DNA of 63,585 bases, counting the filler, from Octopus bimaculoides (taxonomy: Eukaryota), in the NCBI RefSeq assembly GCF_001194135.2. It is 8 parts of 7 records of this genome, joined end to end, with 100 filler letters (N's around TTAATTAATTAA, not from the genome) between each part and the next. Parts side by side here need not be neighbours in the genome. Positions count along the whole stretch, not along the records: positions 45,887 to 50,641 come from NC_068986.1; positions 50,742 to 58,203 come from NC_068988.1; positions 58,304 to 61,436 come from NC_068981.1; positions 61,537 to 63,585 come from NW_026431134.1; 4 more parts are not named here. One strand, given 5' to 3'. The position numbers and the translations under genes are program-made. Shown piece by piece: positions 49,084 through 63,425 of this stretch. Every line of letters begins with the position of its first letter. Position 1 is the stretch's first letter. The notes beneath the pieces were generated by a model that saw nothing but the letters and a program-made list of their open reading frames with translations, searched no databases and had not been told where the DNA came from.

Positions 49084-50448
49084 CACACACACACACATGC
49101 GCGCACGCACACACACATACACACACACACATATATGTAAATATATATATATGTATGCATATAGGTATGTATGTATGCATGCATGTATGTATATGTGTGT
49201 ATCTGTGTGTGCGTGTGTGTGTGCATGTGTGTATAATAAACATAATGTATGTATGTATATAAATCTATACACACACATATACATTCACGTGTGCGTGTAA
49301 GTGTGTGCGTATGACCTGGCCCTGGTGCATATCGGTTCACATGAACAGCTTATTAACATCTCTGTTATTTTATATTTCATAATGAGAACCGGTGAACTTT
49401 TTTTTTGTTACTTTTTATTTGTTTATTTATTTATTTATTTATTTATTTTTGCAGGTCACTGACTTAAGCTCTATACCAAGCTACCACGGTGCGAACAATT
49501 CTCTAACATTTCTCCGTCCACCTAACAATTATCACTACAACACACATATGCATCAATAAAAAAAAATGCACGAACACTTTTGCACACTTTAAAAAGCCTT
49601 ATGGAACAAGTTTCGACAAGTAACAAAATCAGGTCTTTTAGAATTCAACATTACCACAATCGCAAGTACTGACAATGTATCGCATAATCTGCCTCATGCC
49701 TACGAATTTATGAAACTGGAGCTTATTCAGATTTCTAAGGAGTTTTGGTGATTGGGTTTACAGAGAATCCATGATTTTCCGCTGAACTGATACTTGTCAG
49801 TAGTAGGAACTAATACCCAGCTTTCATTATCGTTAATCCTAAGACTCAAAGGCCCAGTTTGACCGGTTTCTATGGTGTATAAGTGGCCGAGATCGTGACA
49901 TTCTCTTTGAATAGAATGCTAGTCCAGAGTGGACTGGAGTGAAGTGTTTTGCTCAAGAACACAACTCACCGCTCGGTCCGAAAACTTAAACCATGATTTT
50001 GCAATCGCGAGTGCAACACCCTAACCCCTACGCCACGCGATTTCACTAACCCCAAGCTTTCGTTGATATTTAATTCTTATTGGAGCAACGCGAAATGAAA
50101 TGCTATATTCAAAGATGCAACACGCCAACCGGTACGAGAATCGAACCCACGATCTAACGATCGTTTACCCAAACCACTTGGTCACGTGTCTTCACATTCC
50201 TCTTTTCAACAAAATAACTATAAGCGCATCTAAAACAACTAACATATTTTCACGAATTTACATAAAAATTATTATCCCCAATAACACACTAGAAATAGCC
50301 GTCCTCATAAAAACCGGGGACAACCTCAAGCACAATACATCAATACCATTCACAACTGTTGTAAAACGCAGTAACAAAACAATTAAGGAAATGAAAATCA
50401 CAATAACTACGACGACGATAACGATGACGACAGCAGCAATAATAATAA

Positions 50449-50571
<123 letters not shown>

Positions 50572-50869
50572 TAATAATAATAATAATGATAATAATAATA
50601 ATAATAATAAAAATAATAATAATAATAATAAAAATAAAAATNNNNNNNNNNNNNNNNNNNNNNNNNNNNNNNNNNNNNNNNNNNNTTAATTAATTAANNN
50701 NNNNNNNNNNNNNNNNNNNNNNNNNNNNNNNNNNNNNNNNNGAATACAAAATTTTTTTTTCTGTTCTATAACACAAAATAGGTAAGTATACGAAGTTTGA
50801 AAGTCTTTCGGTACCAAAAACACTACATAAAACATAAATGAAAACTGGTGCCCCCGTTTTGAACTGGAT

Positions 50870-50914
<45 letters not shown>

Positions 50915-53243
50915 GAACACACACATAAACGTATAGACATATACATCAGCACGCAGTGAGAGACTGTAATGTAAAACGTTTGTAAAAATGAGGTATTTTA
51001 GAAAATGAAGCGTACATAAATATGTATTGATGCTAGTCTGCTTGTGTTTATATAGGTGTTTAACATAATCATAACGTGCATGTGTGTGCGTGAGTGCATG
51101 TGCATGTGATGCATGTGTATGTATTTGTGCGTGTTTTTTTTAGAAAGGATTGAAAATCTTCACAGGAAGTTAAGCGAGTGCATATCCGTTACAGTCAGTA
51201 TTTCAATAAAATATATATTTTGAAATATGTGTTTCCGTATACCTCGAAAAAAATGCTATCCATGTAAAAGGTCACTACACATACAGGTAACAAAAATAAA
51301 AATAGATATTTGCAAATTAATCATTTAAAAGATAAACAGTATATATGTATACGCAGGCGCAGCAAACAACGTGTAGTTTTTTTTTTAATTATAGCATTCA
51401 AAATTCGTACTAATTTTGTTCGGTCTTCTGCTTTCACGTCGTCGCTTTCCCCAGCACTTTACCTATCTTATTTTGCGAAACCCTTAAACTCTTACTTTCC
51501 TTTGATCATTCACGTTGTTCATCTTCCCATTCTTTAACCTTTTCTCTTCCATCCCTCCAACCCTCAGTAGTTCCCACTCTTCCTCGCCGACTCAACTCCA
51601 CTACGTCTTTTCCTCCTTGATATCCTTCCATTCGCCCTATTCTAATTCTTCCTCCTCCCCTTCACAATTTCCCCCTTCTCTTTCTCGCCCTTTTATTTCC
51701 TCTCCTCGCTTCTCCTTCTCATTCTTTATGTCTTGTGAACTTCTTCCTTCTCATCTCCCCCGCCTCTCTTTTTTCCTTGTCCTTTTACTTTTCCTTTTCA
51801 TCCACCTCCTTTTTCTCTTCCTCGTTCCGCGTCATCATCATCACATCTTCTTCTTCTTCTTCTTCTTCTTCTTCTTCTTCTTCTTCTTCTTCTTCTTCTT
51901 CTTCTTCTTCTTCTTCTTCTTCTTCTTCTTCTTCTTCTTCTTCTTCTTCTTCTTCTTCTTCTTCTTCTTCTTCTTCTTCTTCTTCTTCTTCTTCTTCTTC
52001 TTCCGCATTTGTTCAACTACATCAGTACCATCCCACTCAATACGATATTATATATATCTTGCGCAACATGCTAACGAATCTGCCAACTCACCGCCTTGGA
52101 GAATGACGTACCAACAACGGCAGACATTTATCAAGATAAAAATCATTGGTATGTACCTCGGCACCTGAAACGTCAATTTCACCATAGGCTAGGCAGCGTC
52201 GTTGGTTGATAGACTGAAGGTCCTGATGAGTTTAGTGCTGCTAGTTTACCATCAAGGAGGTGTGTACAGGAGAACGAAACAATCCTGCACGAACTCGTTC
52301 AGTCACTTGCTCAAGATGCCACGCAATGGGATTGAACCGGGAGCGATGTGATTGGGAGTCAAACTTCTTACCGCATAGCCACGCCTGCTCCTAGACAGCC
52401 ACACCTGATAGCAATCAGTTTCGTAGCTCACTGTTCAATATTTACAAACGAACTCGTTCAGCAGTCTTTGAGCGTTGGACTTATCAGCTATCAGCTTAAT
52501 TCACCATATGTAATACTCCACCAACTTGTTTTGATCACACATAGAAAGAAGTCATGTTTACGGTGGCTTTGGTAAACGGCCTTCAATGGTGAGCAACATA
52601 GCAAACATTGAAGACAGAATGTAAGGTCTTCAGACCAAGCATTCATCAACTTCAAGTTAAACTTAGGTAGATTTGGGTGGATTGTATGCTACAGTTTTAT
52701 GGTGAATTTATAGAAAATCAGATGAAAAAAGTGACAAAGACCGAGATGAATAGACCTACACAATGTGTTTATAGATCTTGAACATGCCCGGCCGACGATT
52801 ATTTCCCTTGGCAAGCTCTATAATCCTGATACTACACGGTTCCTTGATTTGCTTTATGTGATTGTTCGCCTGCAGGGATAAGATGTTTTCTATCTCAGTT
52901 TATAGCATATTCGTATCTGCTTAACCTTCAGCATTTGAAATTAGTTTTCATAATATCACCTCATTCATTAAACTTATGGGGCGGGGGGGGGGTTGTAGAA
53001 AAAAATCATGGTTATTGCAAATGTTGGAATGGCAGAAGATGAACGTATTTGAATTCACTGTTTTTTTTTTTCAGATTTCAAAATTGCGTATAGAAGAAAT
53101 ATTGAGATAAATAGATATAAATTGTATGTTTCTTTTTACATACTTTCATAAATTTTATTTCATCAAACAATGAATTGAAGAAATTAGTTCTCATTATAAT
53201 TTTCTCAATGTTTACTGCCTTTTGTTGACCTTTTATATATATT

Positions 53244-53702
53244 TTTTACTGGCTTCAGTCTTCAGAATGCGGCCATACTGGGACAAAACTTTGAGAAATG
53301 TTAGCCGAACGAATCGACGCTTGTACATTTTTTAGGAGCTGTACTTATTCTATCGGCCGCTTTTGACAAATCGTTAAGTTACAGGGACACAAACACACCA
53401 ACGCCGGTTATCAAGTGGTGGTGAGGAACAAATAAAAATACATGCACACGCACGCATACAGACACACACACACGGACGCATACACCATACACTCACCCCC
53501 ACCCACACACACACACTCACTCCCTTGCACACAAACACATACGACGTACTACTGTTAGTTTCCGTCTACGAAATCCACTGACAAGTCTTTCGCAGCCCGA
53601 GGCTATAGCAGAAGTCACTTGCCCAAGATGCCACGCAGTGGGATTGAACCGGGATCGATGTGGTTGGAAAGCAAACTTCTTACCGCACAGCCATGCCTGC
53701 TC
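53244..53702 (-). mobile_element. SINE family B, diverged
   Basis: Both halves are recognisable around a CA microsatellite. Confidence 0.85.
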
Positions 53703-53870
53703 CTAGACAGCCACACCTGATAGCAATCAGTTTCGTAGCTCATTGTCCAATATTTACAAACGCAATTTACTGTTAATTTAAGCAACAACTTCATGTAGTC
53801 ACAAGCTGTAAGTGTTAATATTTACCCAATTCTAAATCGACACTAAATATCCTTATTTAGTTTGAAAATT

Positions 53871-53939
53871 AAGCCCATTAATTACTCGATTACAAGCCCA
53901 CTAATTACTCGATTACAAGCCCACTAATTACTCGATTAC
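53871..53939 (+). repeat. 23-bp tandem repeat x3
   Basis: Unit AAGCCCACTAATTACTCGATTAC. Confidence 0.95.
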
Positions 53940-54307
53940 AGTAGATTAGCGTTCTTACCAGATTTCCGTACATATTAATAGGGGCAATAACTAATCTCTC
54001 GCATTCGCCCTCTCCACTGAAGACGTTAGAATAATTTTCTGAGCACACTGAACTTACCATGGAGAAATAAGTGAAGAAATACATCTTACGTAGAGTGGAA
54101 AAGAGGATGGGTTTAGCTCTGCACAAGGTTAATCAACTATCGTCAATCCTTGGACAGCCACAACACTTCAAATGATAGTAGAAACACAAATCGAAACTGA
54201 CCTGAAGCACTAGCAAATATATAGAAGCATATTTATATACATATATCTGCGCGTGTGCACATACATACACACATACACACGCATACTGAGTAATTTATTC
54301 AATCACA

Positions 54308-54365
<58 letters not shown>

Positions 54366-56382
54366 ATATTTATGTATGTGTATATATATACATACACACA
54401 CGCACGCACACACACCTATGTGCGCACCCGCGTAGGTATGTGTGTGTGTGTTTGTATGTACCTGTGTGCTGGTTTTTATGTATGCATGTATATGTGTCTA
54501 TGCATGTGTATATTCATATATGTTGCACACACTTACGTACACACACATGCACAGACTTTTAAATTTGACATAATATAATCATATATGCAATGCAACGTAG
54601 ATGTTCAAACATGCAATCATTTATATACACGCAAAGACATTTCCAATCATTTGCATTTATAAATCCCAGTGCGCTGAGCGAACACACGCACGTACCCCCA
54701 CATACATACACCACACATACACACATGCAAACACTCACGTACACATGCATATTCTCACTTACAACACATATGCATGACGTACGCAGGCACAAACACACAT
54801 TATGTATTATTTCTTATACCTAGAATCCCATTTCGTATTCAAAGAAGATGCATTTGACTTGCATAAAAGATATAGATTACATTTACCGTAATCAAATTTC
54901 AGTTCACTTGAACGTCAAATCAAATAAATATCAGACCTTGGTTATGTAAGGTACGAATGCCATAAAATTCGCCCTTAAGAAAGTATGCAGAATGAATGTC
55001 TACACATTCATCTTGGAAATCGTGTGAATATATTGGGTGTATTTGAGGGAGGTGTGTGAGTGTAACTCAATGGCAAGGATATGGTTTTATTCAAGAGAAA
55101 ATTAAAGATATTAATTGAATGAATGTCAAATCAAATAAGAAGAATTTCCTTCAATTATGTAAGTAACGAACACTATACTTACTCGTTATTAAGACAACGT
55201 GAAGAGAAGAAGTATAAAGATGCATTTTATATATCGTATGAGCATAGTTCCTATAACACAAGACTATCTTAATAGTTTAAATTATCGATAGGATATAATT
55301 TTATTTGAAATAAAAATTGGTATTCGATTGAGTTGAGATTTATACTTCCTTGATAACATCTATTATGAGTCAGAGAGAAAGCTGAGTAATTATTTTGGAG
55401 CCCTATTTAACTGGTAGGTAGAAATGTATATTTTGAAATCATTCAAATCTTTGGTATCCGCTTTAGCGTAAACACACTACCACACAAACTCATACACACA
55501 TAAAACTTGATTAAAAATGCATCCGATGATAGTATAGTTCATAGAAGTATTATATGGTGAAGGAACACTCCTCAATTATATATTTTCCCAACGTATGCAG
55601 CTGTGAATGTCATTTATCAATCGTATTTACTCACAGTTTGACCGATTTCCCCCCCCCCCAAAAAAAAAATTAAATATCTATGTAATGATCAGAATGCTAC
55701 TATCTTTCTTGATTGCTCATATCTCGGTAATCTCGTTATTTTTCTTGATTTGGCGGTCTACTAGCGCAAATTATTCAACGTGTTGGCTGAAGTATATGCA
55801 AAGCTACAAGCTTTATCTAGTTCATTCAGAGTTGCCTCTCTTCGGTACATCTCATCGACAAGAGTCAATAAAATCGAAATATCGATGTTTGAGATTACCG
55901 AGAGATGGCGACACTGAACGAATTGGGTGTTTTCACACCTATTTACCATAAGGGAGATTTTTTCTCCACGGTAACTTCAATTTATTCGCCTTTAGCAGTT
56001 GAAATATGTGACAAACATATTTCAACTAACCTAAATTGTGATTATATATATAACAACTGTCTTGAGAGTCATCACTTCGTTATATATACATACGTATATA
56101 TATATATATATATATATNNNNNNNNNNNNNNNNNNNNNNNNNNNNNNNNNNNNNNNNNNNNNNNNNNNNNNNNNNNNNNNNNNNNNNNNNNNNNNNNNNN
56201 NNNNNNNNNNNNNNNNNNNNNNNNNNNNNNNNNNNNNNNNNNNNNNNNNNNNNNNNNNNNNNNNNNNNNNNNNNNNNNNNNNNNNNNNNNNNNNNNNNNN
56301 NNNNNNNNNNNNNNNNNNNNNNNNNNNNNNNNNNNNNNNNNNNNNNNNNNNNNNNNNNNNNNNNNNNNNNNNNNNNNNNNNN

Positions 56383-56432
<50 letters not shown>

Positions 56433-57148
56433 GCACACATATATATGTATGTATGTATGTATATAATCACACAACCACCAATATACATGTAACCTTGTAC
56501 CACTGATTTGGGTGAAAAAAATTGCAAATATACCAATCTGTGTTTATGAGGAAAATTGCTATACAATAATATACACACATACACACGCACACATACACAC
56601 ACATACAAACACATACGCACATATATGTTTTTGTAAGTATATGTATGTATCCCTGCGTGTGCAGTGTTTGTTCGTGGGTGTGTGCATAGGTGTGTGCATG
56701 TGCGTGTATGTGCATTTCTCTATATTGGAATATACAGTATTTCAAGTCTCCTGCCATCTTATATATATCTCCTATTTTTTACCCAGTGCCTGAAAACATA
56801 TTTAAACTTTCTAGTAATTAGAGTAGCCATCGTGATACTTAAGAGATACTCTGTATTAAAAATGTTTTGTGTTAGTGCTTAATGACAAAGAAAAGGGCTT
56901 CAATAAATGCTAGTTTTCTATTTCCTTTAAGTTTTTCTTCTCCGCCAATTCTCCCAGCTTCATTCTTTTTAGCAAAAGAATTAAAAATGTTTTGTCAATA
57001 TTGATATTTATTAAACACAATCCTTTATTTCATTAAAGTATCTAATGTATAGTGAAATGTAAATGGTTTTGTGAAAGTTTTGTTCTTCTTCATGCCGGCT
57101 TCAACGATCTAATATATTGCACATTTTCCTCAAAATACATGATTTGTT

Positions 57149-57223
57149 AAGGACTGATTTTGTTAGCAAGGACTGATTTTGTTAGCAAGGACTGATTTTG
57201 TTAGCAAGGACTGATTTTGTTAG
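57149..57223 (+). repeat. 19-bp tandem repeat x4
   Basis: Unit AAGGACTGATTTTGTTAGC. Confidence 0.95.
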
Positions 57224-57351
57224 GACGTTTCGTTCCGAGACGCTTGATGTAAACAACAACGAGAACAAAACTGAGAAATGGATAATGGGCGTATATGATA
57301 TATACACCCATTATCCATTGCTTACATCAGGCGTCTCGGATACGAAATGTC
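57224..57351. repeat. Long foldback inverted repeat
   Basis: Outer arms 57224-57254 and 57320-57351, inner arms 57277-57296 and 57300-57319. Confidence 0.9.
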
Positions 57352-57611
57352 GTAAGAAAATCAGTGCTGGCCATATGCTCTATAGAAAATCTGTAGAGGT
57401 AACCATAACAAGTGATGTAATGGCACAGCCAACACAGTAGAACACTGAACTGACTTACAAAATCGTTTGATATACTTTGTAGCATATTATGGTTGCATAA
57501 AAAAAAACCATGTCCTTACAGGTCATAAAAATACATTGATAGGTGATTTCTCTTGTGATGTAAAGGTTTCAGTGACAAACGTTACAAGTGACATGTATGC
57601 GCGGGGGCATC

Positions 57612-57655
<44 letters not shown>

Positions 57656-58079
57656 AAAAAGAAAAGCTCTACATTGTATTTGTCCCATCTTTGTTGAGCC
57701 CTGTGTGGCTAATAAAAGAAATGTATCTATCGATCTATCTATCTGTCTGCCCGCCTGTCTGTCTGTCTACCGGTCTGTCTACCTGTCTGTCTACCTGTCT
57801 GTCTACCTGTCTGTCTACCTGTCTACCTGTCTGTCTACCTGTCTGTCTACCTGTCTGTCTACCTGTCTGTCTACCTGTCTGTATACCTGTCTGTCTGCCT
57901 GTCTGTCTGTGTGTCTGTCTGTGTGTCTGTCTGTCTATCCTTCCCTCCTTCTCTAACTCCTTACCCTCCCTCCATAAGTCCGTCTGCTCATCTAACTGCC
58001 TGTGTGTCAGTTTATCTATCTATCTATCTATCTATGACCAACACTTCAATGCTAAACACGAAGGGTGTGCTGTCAGGGC

Positions 58080-58203
58080 AAGGATGCGTGCTCTGAGGAA
58101 TGAAGGTGTTGGAGCCGCACGAGAGGCCCGGGTGGCGGAGGCGCAGCGGGGTAACAGAGCCACCATCCGGTCTCTGGTAGACGAACAGGGGCGCGAATTG
58201 CTC
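58080..58203 (+). mobile_element. GC-rich LINE ORF2-like fragment (possibly L1/Tx1)
   Basis: MRALRNEGVGAAREARVAEAQRGNRATIRSLVDEQGRELL resembles the post-endonuclease segment; it is cut by a join. Confidence 0.35.
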
Positions 58204-58303
58204 NNNNNNNNNNNNNNNNNNNNNNNNNNNNNNNNNNNNNNNNNNNNTTAATTAATTAANNNNNNNNNNNNNNNNNNNNNNNNNNNNNNNNNNNNNNNNN
58301 NNN

Positions 58304-58448
58304 GGTCCAATCAAGAGTTTTGATGGCACATCTGGTGTATAAGAGAATTTGACATAGCTGCCCTAAACTGCGTCTCATTACGACCCATTGGTTCGTCTGG
58401 TATCGTGGAGAGGAAAGCGTCAAGTTTTGTCTTGAAGACCTCCGCATC
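58304..58448 (-). mobile_element. CR1/L2-like LINE 3' end fragment
   Basis: Minus strand reads DAEVFKTKLDAFLSTIPDEPMGRNETQFRAAMSNSLIHQ. Confidence 0.7.
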
Positions 58449-58469
58449 CATATATATATATATATATAA

Positions 58470-58790
58470 AAAAATATAATTGAGGGATCAGCAAAATATT
58501 TGCTTCACCATATACCGAAGTTCAGAAAAATAGCAGCTAAAAAAGCTGAGAATCTCACAGATAGCATCACTTGTAACTCACAAAAGTAAAAACAAGAAGA
58601 AAAAACAATGAAAAACTAACCAATTCAGATGATTAACAGCAGACGCATTTCAGGATTATGATTAATAATTAACAATTAATAATCAATTTCCTTCACCAGT
58701 ACTGCTTTCATACCGTTGGGCTTGGTAAAAATTATTAATTATTAATTGATTTATTAATTAATAAATTGATAATTCCTTTACCCTTTTAAT
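58470..58790. mobile_element. AT-rich element family F between TA microsatellites; a rearranged copy lies at 1203-1530
   Basis: Blocks agggatcagcaa..gcttcacca.ataccgaagttcag and gggcttggtaaaaattattaat..tttacccttttaatt are shared with 1203-1530. Confidence 0.65.
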
Positions 58791-60297
58791 TTGTATATAT
58801 ATATATATATATATATATACATACAGGATGACCCAAAAGTAGGTTTATATACCAAATCCACTCATAAGGCTTTGGTCGGCCCAAGTCTATAGTAAAAGAC
58901 ACTCGTCCAAGGTGTTACGCAGTGGGACTCAACCCAGGACCATGTGGTTGAGAAGTAAGTTTCTTACCACCAAGCCATGTACACAAAATATTTTAACAAT
59001 TTTTTTATACAATTCCTAATAATATTTAATTATAAAAATATAACAGGATTTTTTTAAACATGGTATGATTATGAGGGTCCACCTGAATAAAATAAGAATC
59101 AAAGGAATTCCTAAGCAAAAAAATGGTTGGGAACCATTGACATAGAATCTCCCTCATTGATTCATCTGATTTACAATTAAGTTAAAAGGAAGGAAGTCTG
59201 AATAGAAAGTTCTGGATCTTATTTTCTTTGTCTCCCCAAAATATATATTCTTTTCTACTCTAGGCGCAAGGCCAGAAATTTTGGTGGGGTGTTCCTGTCG
59301 ATTAGATCAACCCAGTATGCAACTGGTACTTAATTTATCGACTCAGTAAGGATGAAAGGCAAAGTCGACCTCGGCAGAATTTGAACTCAGAACGTAAAGA
59401 CAGATGAAATACTGCTAAGCATTTCGCCCCGTGTGCTAACATTTCTTTTCTACTACTGGTGGTGGTGGTGGTGGTGGTGGTGGTAGCGACGGTGATGATG
59501 ATAACGATGACGATGACAATGACGATGACGACAACGACGATAATGATAATGATGGTGTTACCTGAGGGGAGATTCAGCTGCCGTTTCTAGGTGGTCGAGT
59601 GACTACATACAGACCCTTCTTGTTGGCTCATTTNNNNNNNNNNNNNNNNNNNNNNNNNNNNNNNNNNNNNNNNNNNNNNNNNNNNNNNNNNNNNNNNNNN
59701 NNNNNNNNNNNNNNNNNNNNNNNNNNNNNNNNNNNNNNNNNNNNNNNNNNNNNNNNNNNNNNNNNNNNNNNNNNNNNNNNNNNNNNNNNNNNNNNNNNNN
59801 NNNNNNNNNNNNNNNNNNNNNNNNNNNNNNNNNNNNNNNNNNNNNNNNNNNNNNNNNNNNNNNNNNNNNNNNNNNNNNNNNNNNNNNNNNNNNNNNNNNN
59901 NNNNNNNNNNNNNNNNNNNNNNNNNNNNNNNNNNNNNNNNNNNNNNNNNNNNNNNNNNNNNNNNNNNNNNNNNNNNNNNNNNNNNNNNNNNNNNNNNNNN
60001 NNNNNNNNNNNNNNNNNNNNNNNNNNNNNNNNNNNNNNNNNNNNNNNNNNNNNNNNNNNNNNNNNNNNNNNNNNNNNNNNNNNNNNNNNNNNNNNNNNNN
60101 NNNNNNNNNNNNNNNNNNNNNNNNNNNNNNNNNNNNNNNNNNNNNNNNNNNNNNNNNNNNNNNNNNNNNNNNNNNNNNNNNNNNNNNNNNNNNNNNNNNN
60201 NNNNNNNNNNNNNNNNNNNNNNNNNNNNNNNNNNNNNNNNNNNNNNNNNNNNNNNNNNNNNNNNNNNNNNNNNNNNNNNNNNNNNNNNNNNNNNNNG

Positions 60298-60354
60298 GAT
60301 TTGGCAGACGGAAACTGAAAGGAGCCCATTGTATATATATATATGTGAGTGTGT

Positions 60355-60395
<41 letters not shown>

Positions 60396-60915
60396 TGTTT
60401 GTGAGTGTTTGTGAGTGTTTGTGAGTGCGTGTGAGTGTGTGCATGTGTGTGTGTGAGTGTTTGTGAGTTTGTGTGTGTGTGTGTGTGTGTGCATGTGTGC
60501 ATGTGTGTTTGTGCACGTCTGTGAGTGTTTGCGAGTGTGTGCATGCACATGTGTGTGTGAGAGCGTGCATGTTTGTGTGTGAGTGTGTGAGTGCGTGTGT
60601 GTACGAATGCGTATGAGTGTGTGCATGTGTGAGTGCATGTGTGGGTATGTGTGTGAGTGCATGTGTATGAGTGTGAGTGTGCGTGTGTATGTGTATGTGT
60701 ATGCATGTGTATTGTGTGTGTTTGTTTGTCTTTGTGTCTGTATTTATCCCCCGCCACCACTTCACAACAGGTGTTGGTGTATTTACATCCCCATAACTGA
60801 GCAGTTCAGCAAAAGAAACCGATAGATTAAGTACCAGACTTTAAAAAAAAAAAATTCGGGGATCAATAAATTCAACTAAAAAAATCCTCAAGTCAATGCC
60901 CCAGCATGGCCGTAG
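60298..60915 (+). mobile_element. SINE family B with a greatly expanded internal GT/GTGA microsatellite
   Basis: The 5' motif ggatttggcagacggaaactgaaa and the 3' half flank about 400 nt of GT-rich repeat. Confidence 0.8.
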
Positions 60916-61375
60916 ACTGATGTCTGGAGCAAGTAAAGAATAGACGACAGTAAGGTGAAAGTTCAAAGTAGGCTTTCACCAGGGTCACATCCACTAAACA
61001 TGAGAGGGACAGTAAATACTGAGTGAGAGGAAATATTTAATTTTGGTAACAGGATTGAGTGAAGACACTTTTTACAAAGTGACAGCAGCAGGCAGGGGGA
61101 CTGTGACTAGAAACTGCACGACAGAGAACAGAGTGCAGGATGTAGAGTCACTCACTCTGTTGTGTTACATCATCAACCTTAGGATGTTCACAGCACTATG
61201 AAGTAATTTCAGAAAAGAGAGAGAGAGAAAGAAGGAGGGATGATGTTGACAATGATGACAACGTCAGGAACATCTTTCAGAAAGACTCGTCGTCATCATC
61301 ATCATTGTCATCAGCATCATTGATGTTGTTGTTGTCATCGTTGTCATCATCGTCATCATCATCATTATCATCACA

Positions 61376-61436
<61 letters not shown>

Positions 61437-61569
61437 NNNNNNNNNNNNNNNNNNNNNNNNNNNNNNNNNNNNNNNNNNNNTTAATTAATTAANNNNNNNN
61501 NNNNNNNNNNNNNNNNNNNNNNNNNNNNNNNNNNNNTATATATGTATATATGTATGTATGTATGTGTTT

Positions 61570-61775
61570 GTATGTGTATGTATGTTTGGGTGCCCGTGTT
61601 TGTCCACCCCACCATCGCTTGACAACTGATGATGGTGTGTTTACGTCCCCGTAACATAGCGGTTCGACAAAAGAGGTTAAGTACTAGGCTTACAAAGAAT
61701 AAGTCCTACGCTCGATTTGTTCGAATAAAGGTGGTGCTCCAGCATGGCGCAGTCAAATGACTGAAACAAATAAAA
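61570..61775 (+). mobile_element. SINE family B, 3' half
   Basis: catcgcttgacaac...agtactaggcttacaaag...atgactgaaacaaataaaag. Confidence 0.85.
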
Positions 61776-61892
61776 GAATAATACAATATATCTACATACA
61801 TACAGACACACATAGATACATACGCATATATATGTGTGTATATATATATATATATGTATACATATATATGTATATATATTTATACATACATG

Positions 61893-61948
<56 letters not shown>

Positions 61949-62795
61949 NNNNNNNNNNNNNNNNNNNNNNNNNNNNNNNNNNNNNNNNNNNNNNNNNNNN
62001 NNNNNNNNNNNNNNNNNNNNNNNNNNNNNNNNNNNNNNNNNNNNNNNNNNNNNNNNNNNNNNNNNNNNNNNNNNNNNNNNNNNNNNNNNNNNNNNNNNNN
62101 NNNNNNNNNNNNNNNNNNNNNNNNNNNNNNNNNNNNNNNNNNNNNNNNNNNNNNNNNNNNNNNNNNNNNNNNNNNNNNNNNNNNNNNNNNNNNNNNNNNN
62201 NNNNNNNNNNNNNNNNNNNNNNNNNNNNNNNNNNNNNNNNNNNNNNNNNNNNNNNNNNNNNNNNNNNNNNNNNNNNNNNNNNNNNNNNNNNNNNNNNNNN
62301 NNNNNNNNNNNNNNNNNNNNNNNNNNNNNNNNNNNNNNNNNNNNNNNNNNNNNNNNNNNNNNNNNNNNNNNNNNNNNNNNNNNNNNNNNNNNNNNNNNNN
62401 NNNNNNNNNNNNNNNNNNNNNNNNNNNNNNNNNNNNNNNNNNNNNNNNNNNNNNNNNNNNNNNNNNNNNNNNNNNNNNNNNNNNNNNNNNNNNNNNNNNN
62501 NNNNNNNNNNNNNNNNNNNNNNNNNNNNNNNNNNNNNNNNNNNNNNNNNNNNNNNNNNNNNNNNNNNNNNNNNNNNNNNNNNNNNNNNNNNNNNNNNNNN
62601 NNNNNNNNNNNNNNNNNNNNNNNNNNNNNNNNNNNNNNNNNNNNNNNNNNNNNNNNNNNNNNNNNNNNNNNNNNNNNNNNNNNNNNNNNNNNNNNNNNNN
62701 NNNNNNNNNNNNNNNNNNNNNNNNNNNNNNNNNNNNNNNNNNNNNNNNNNNNNNNNNNNNNNNNNNNNNNNNNNNNNNNNNNNNNNNNNNNNNNN

Positions 62796-62844
<49 letters not shown>

Positions 62845-63365
62845 CATTTCTAATATATAACTTGCTTTGAGGTTTTGCTGTGACAGAGGATAAGAGATTG
62901 GAAGAACAAGTGAGTTGAGTAAGTGTGAACAAGATTGTCAGAATGTGTATGTAGATTATATATTTGAAATTTTATATATTTAATCTTGAATTCGTATTCC
63001 GGATAACTGAGACATCTTGCAGAATGTTAATAATCTCTTTTCGTGCAGAGAAATAAGGGAGGGCTCATCGAGTTAGTGATAATGTATTTTATATATACAG
63101 ACACTTAATATATGTATGTATATGTATACATTTATATAAACAACCGACAACTGATGAAGGGCCCTTTCTCTCTATTTACTTGTCCTTTTTTCCATTTTAT
63201 CTCGTTGTTTACGTATTTAATTTGTTTGTTTGCGTATTTCATGTTATTTACACTGTTGGTGGCGTCCTGTACCCATATATGCATGTATGTATATATATAT
63301 ATATATATATTCATATAAAATATGTAAGTACAACCAAATACAAGCACAAATATAGATCTATTTAT

Positions 63366-63425
<60 letters not shown>

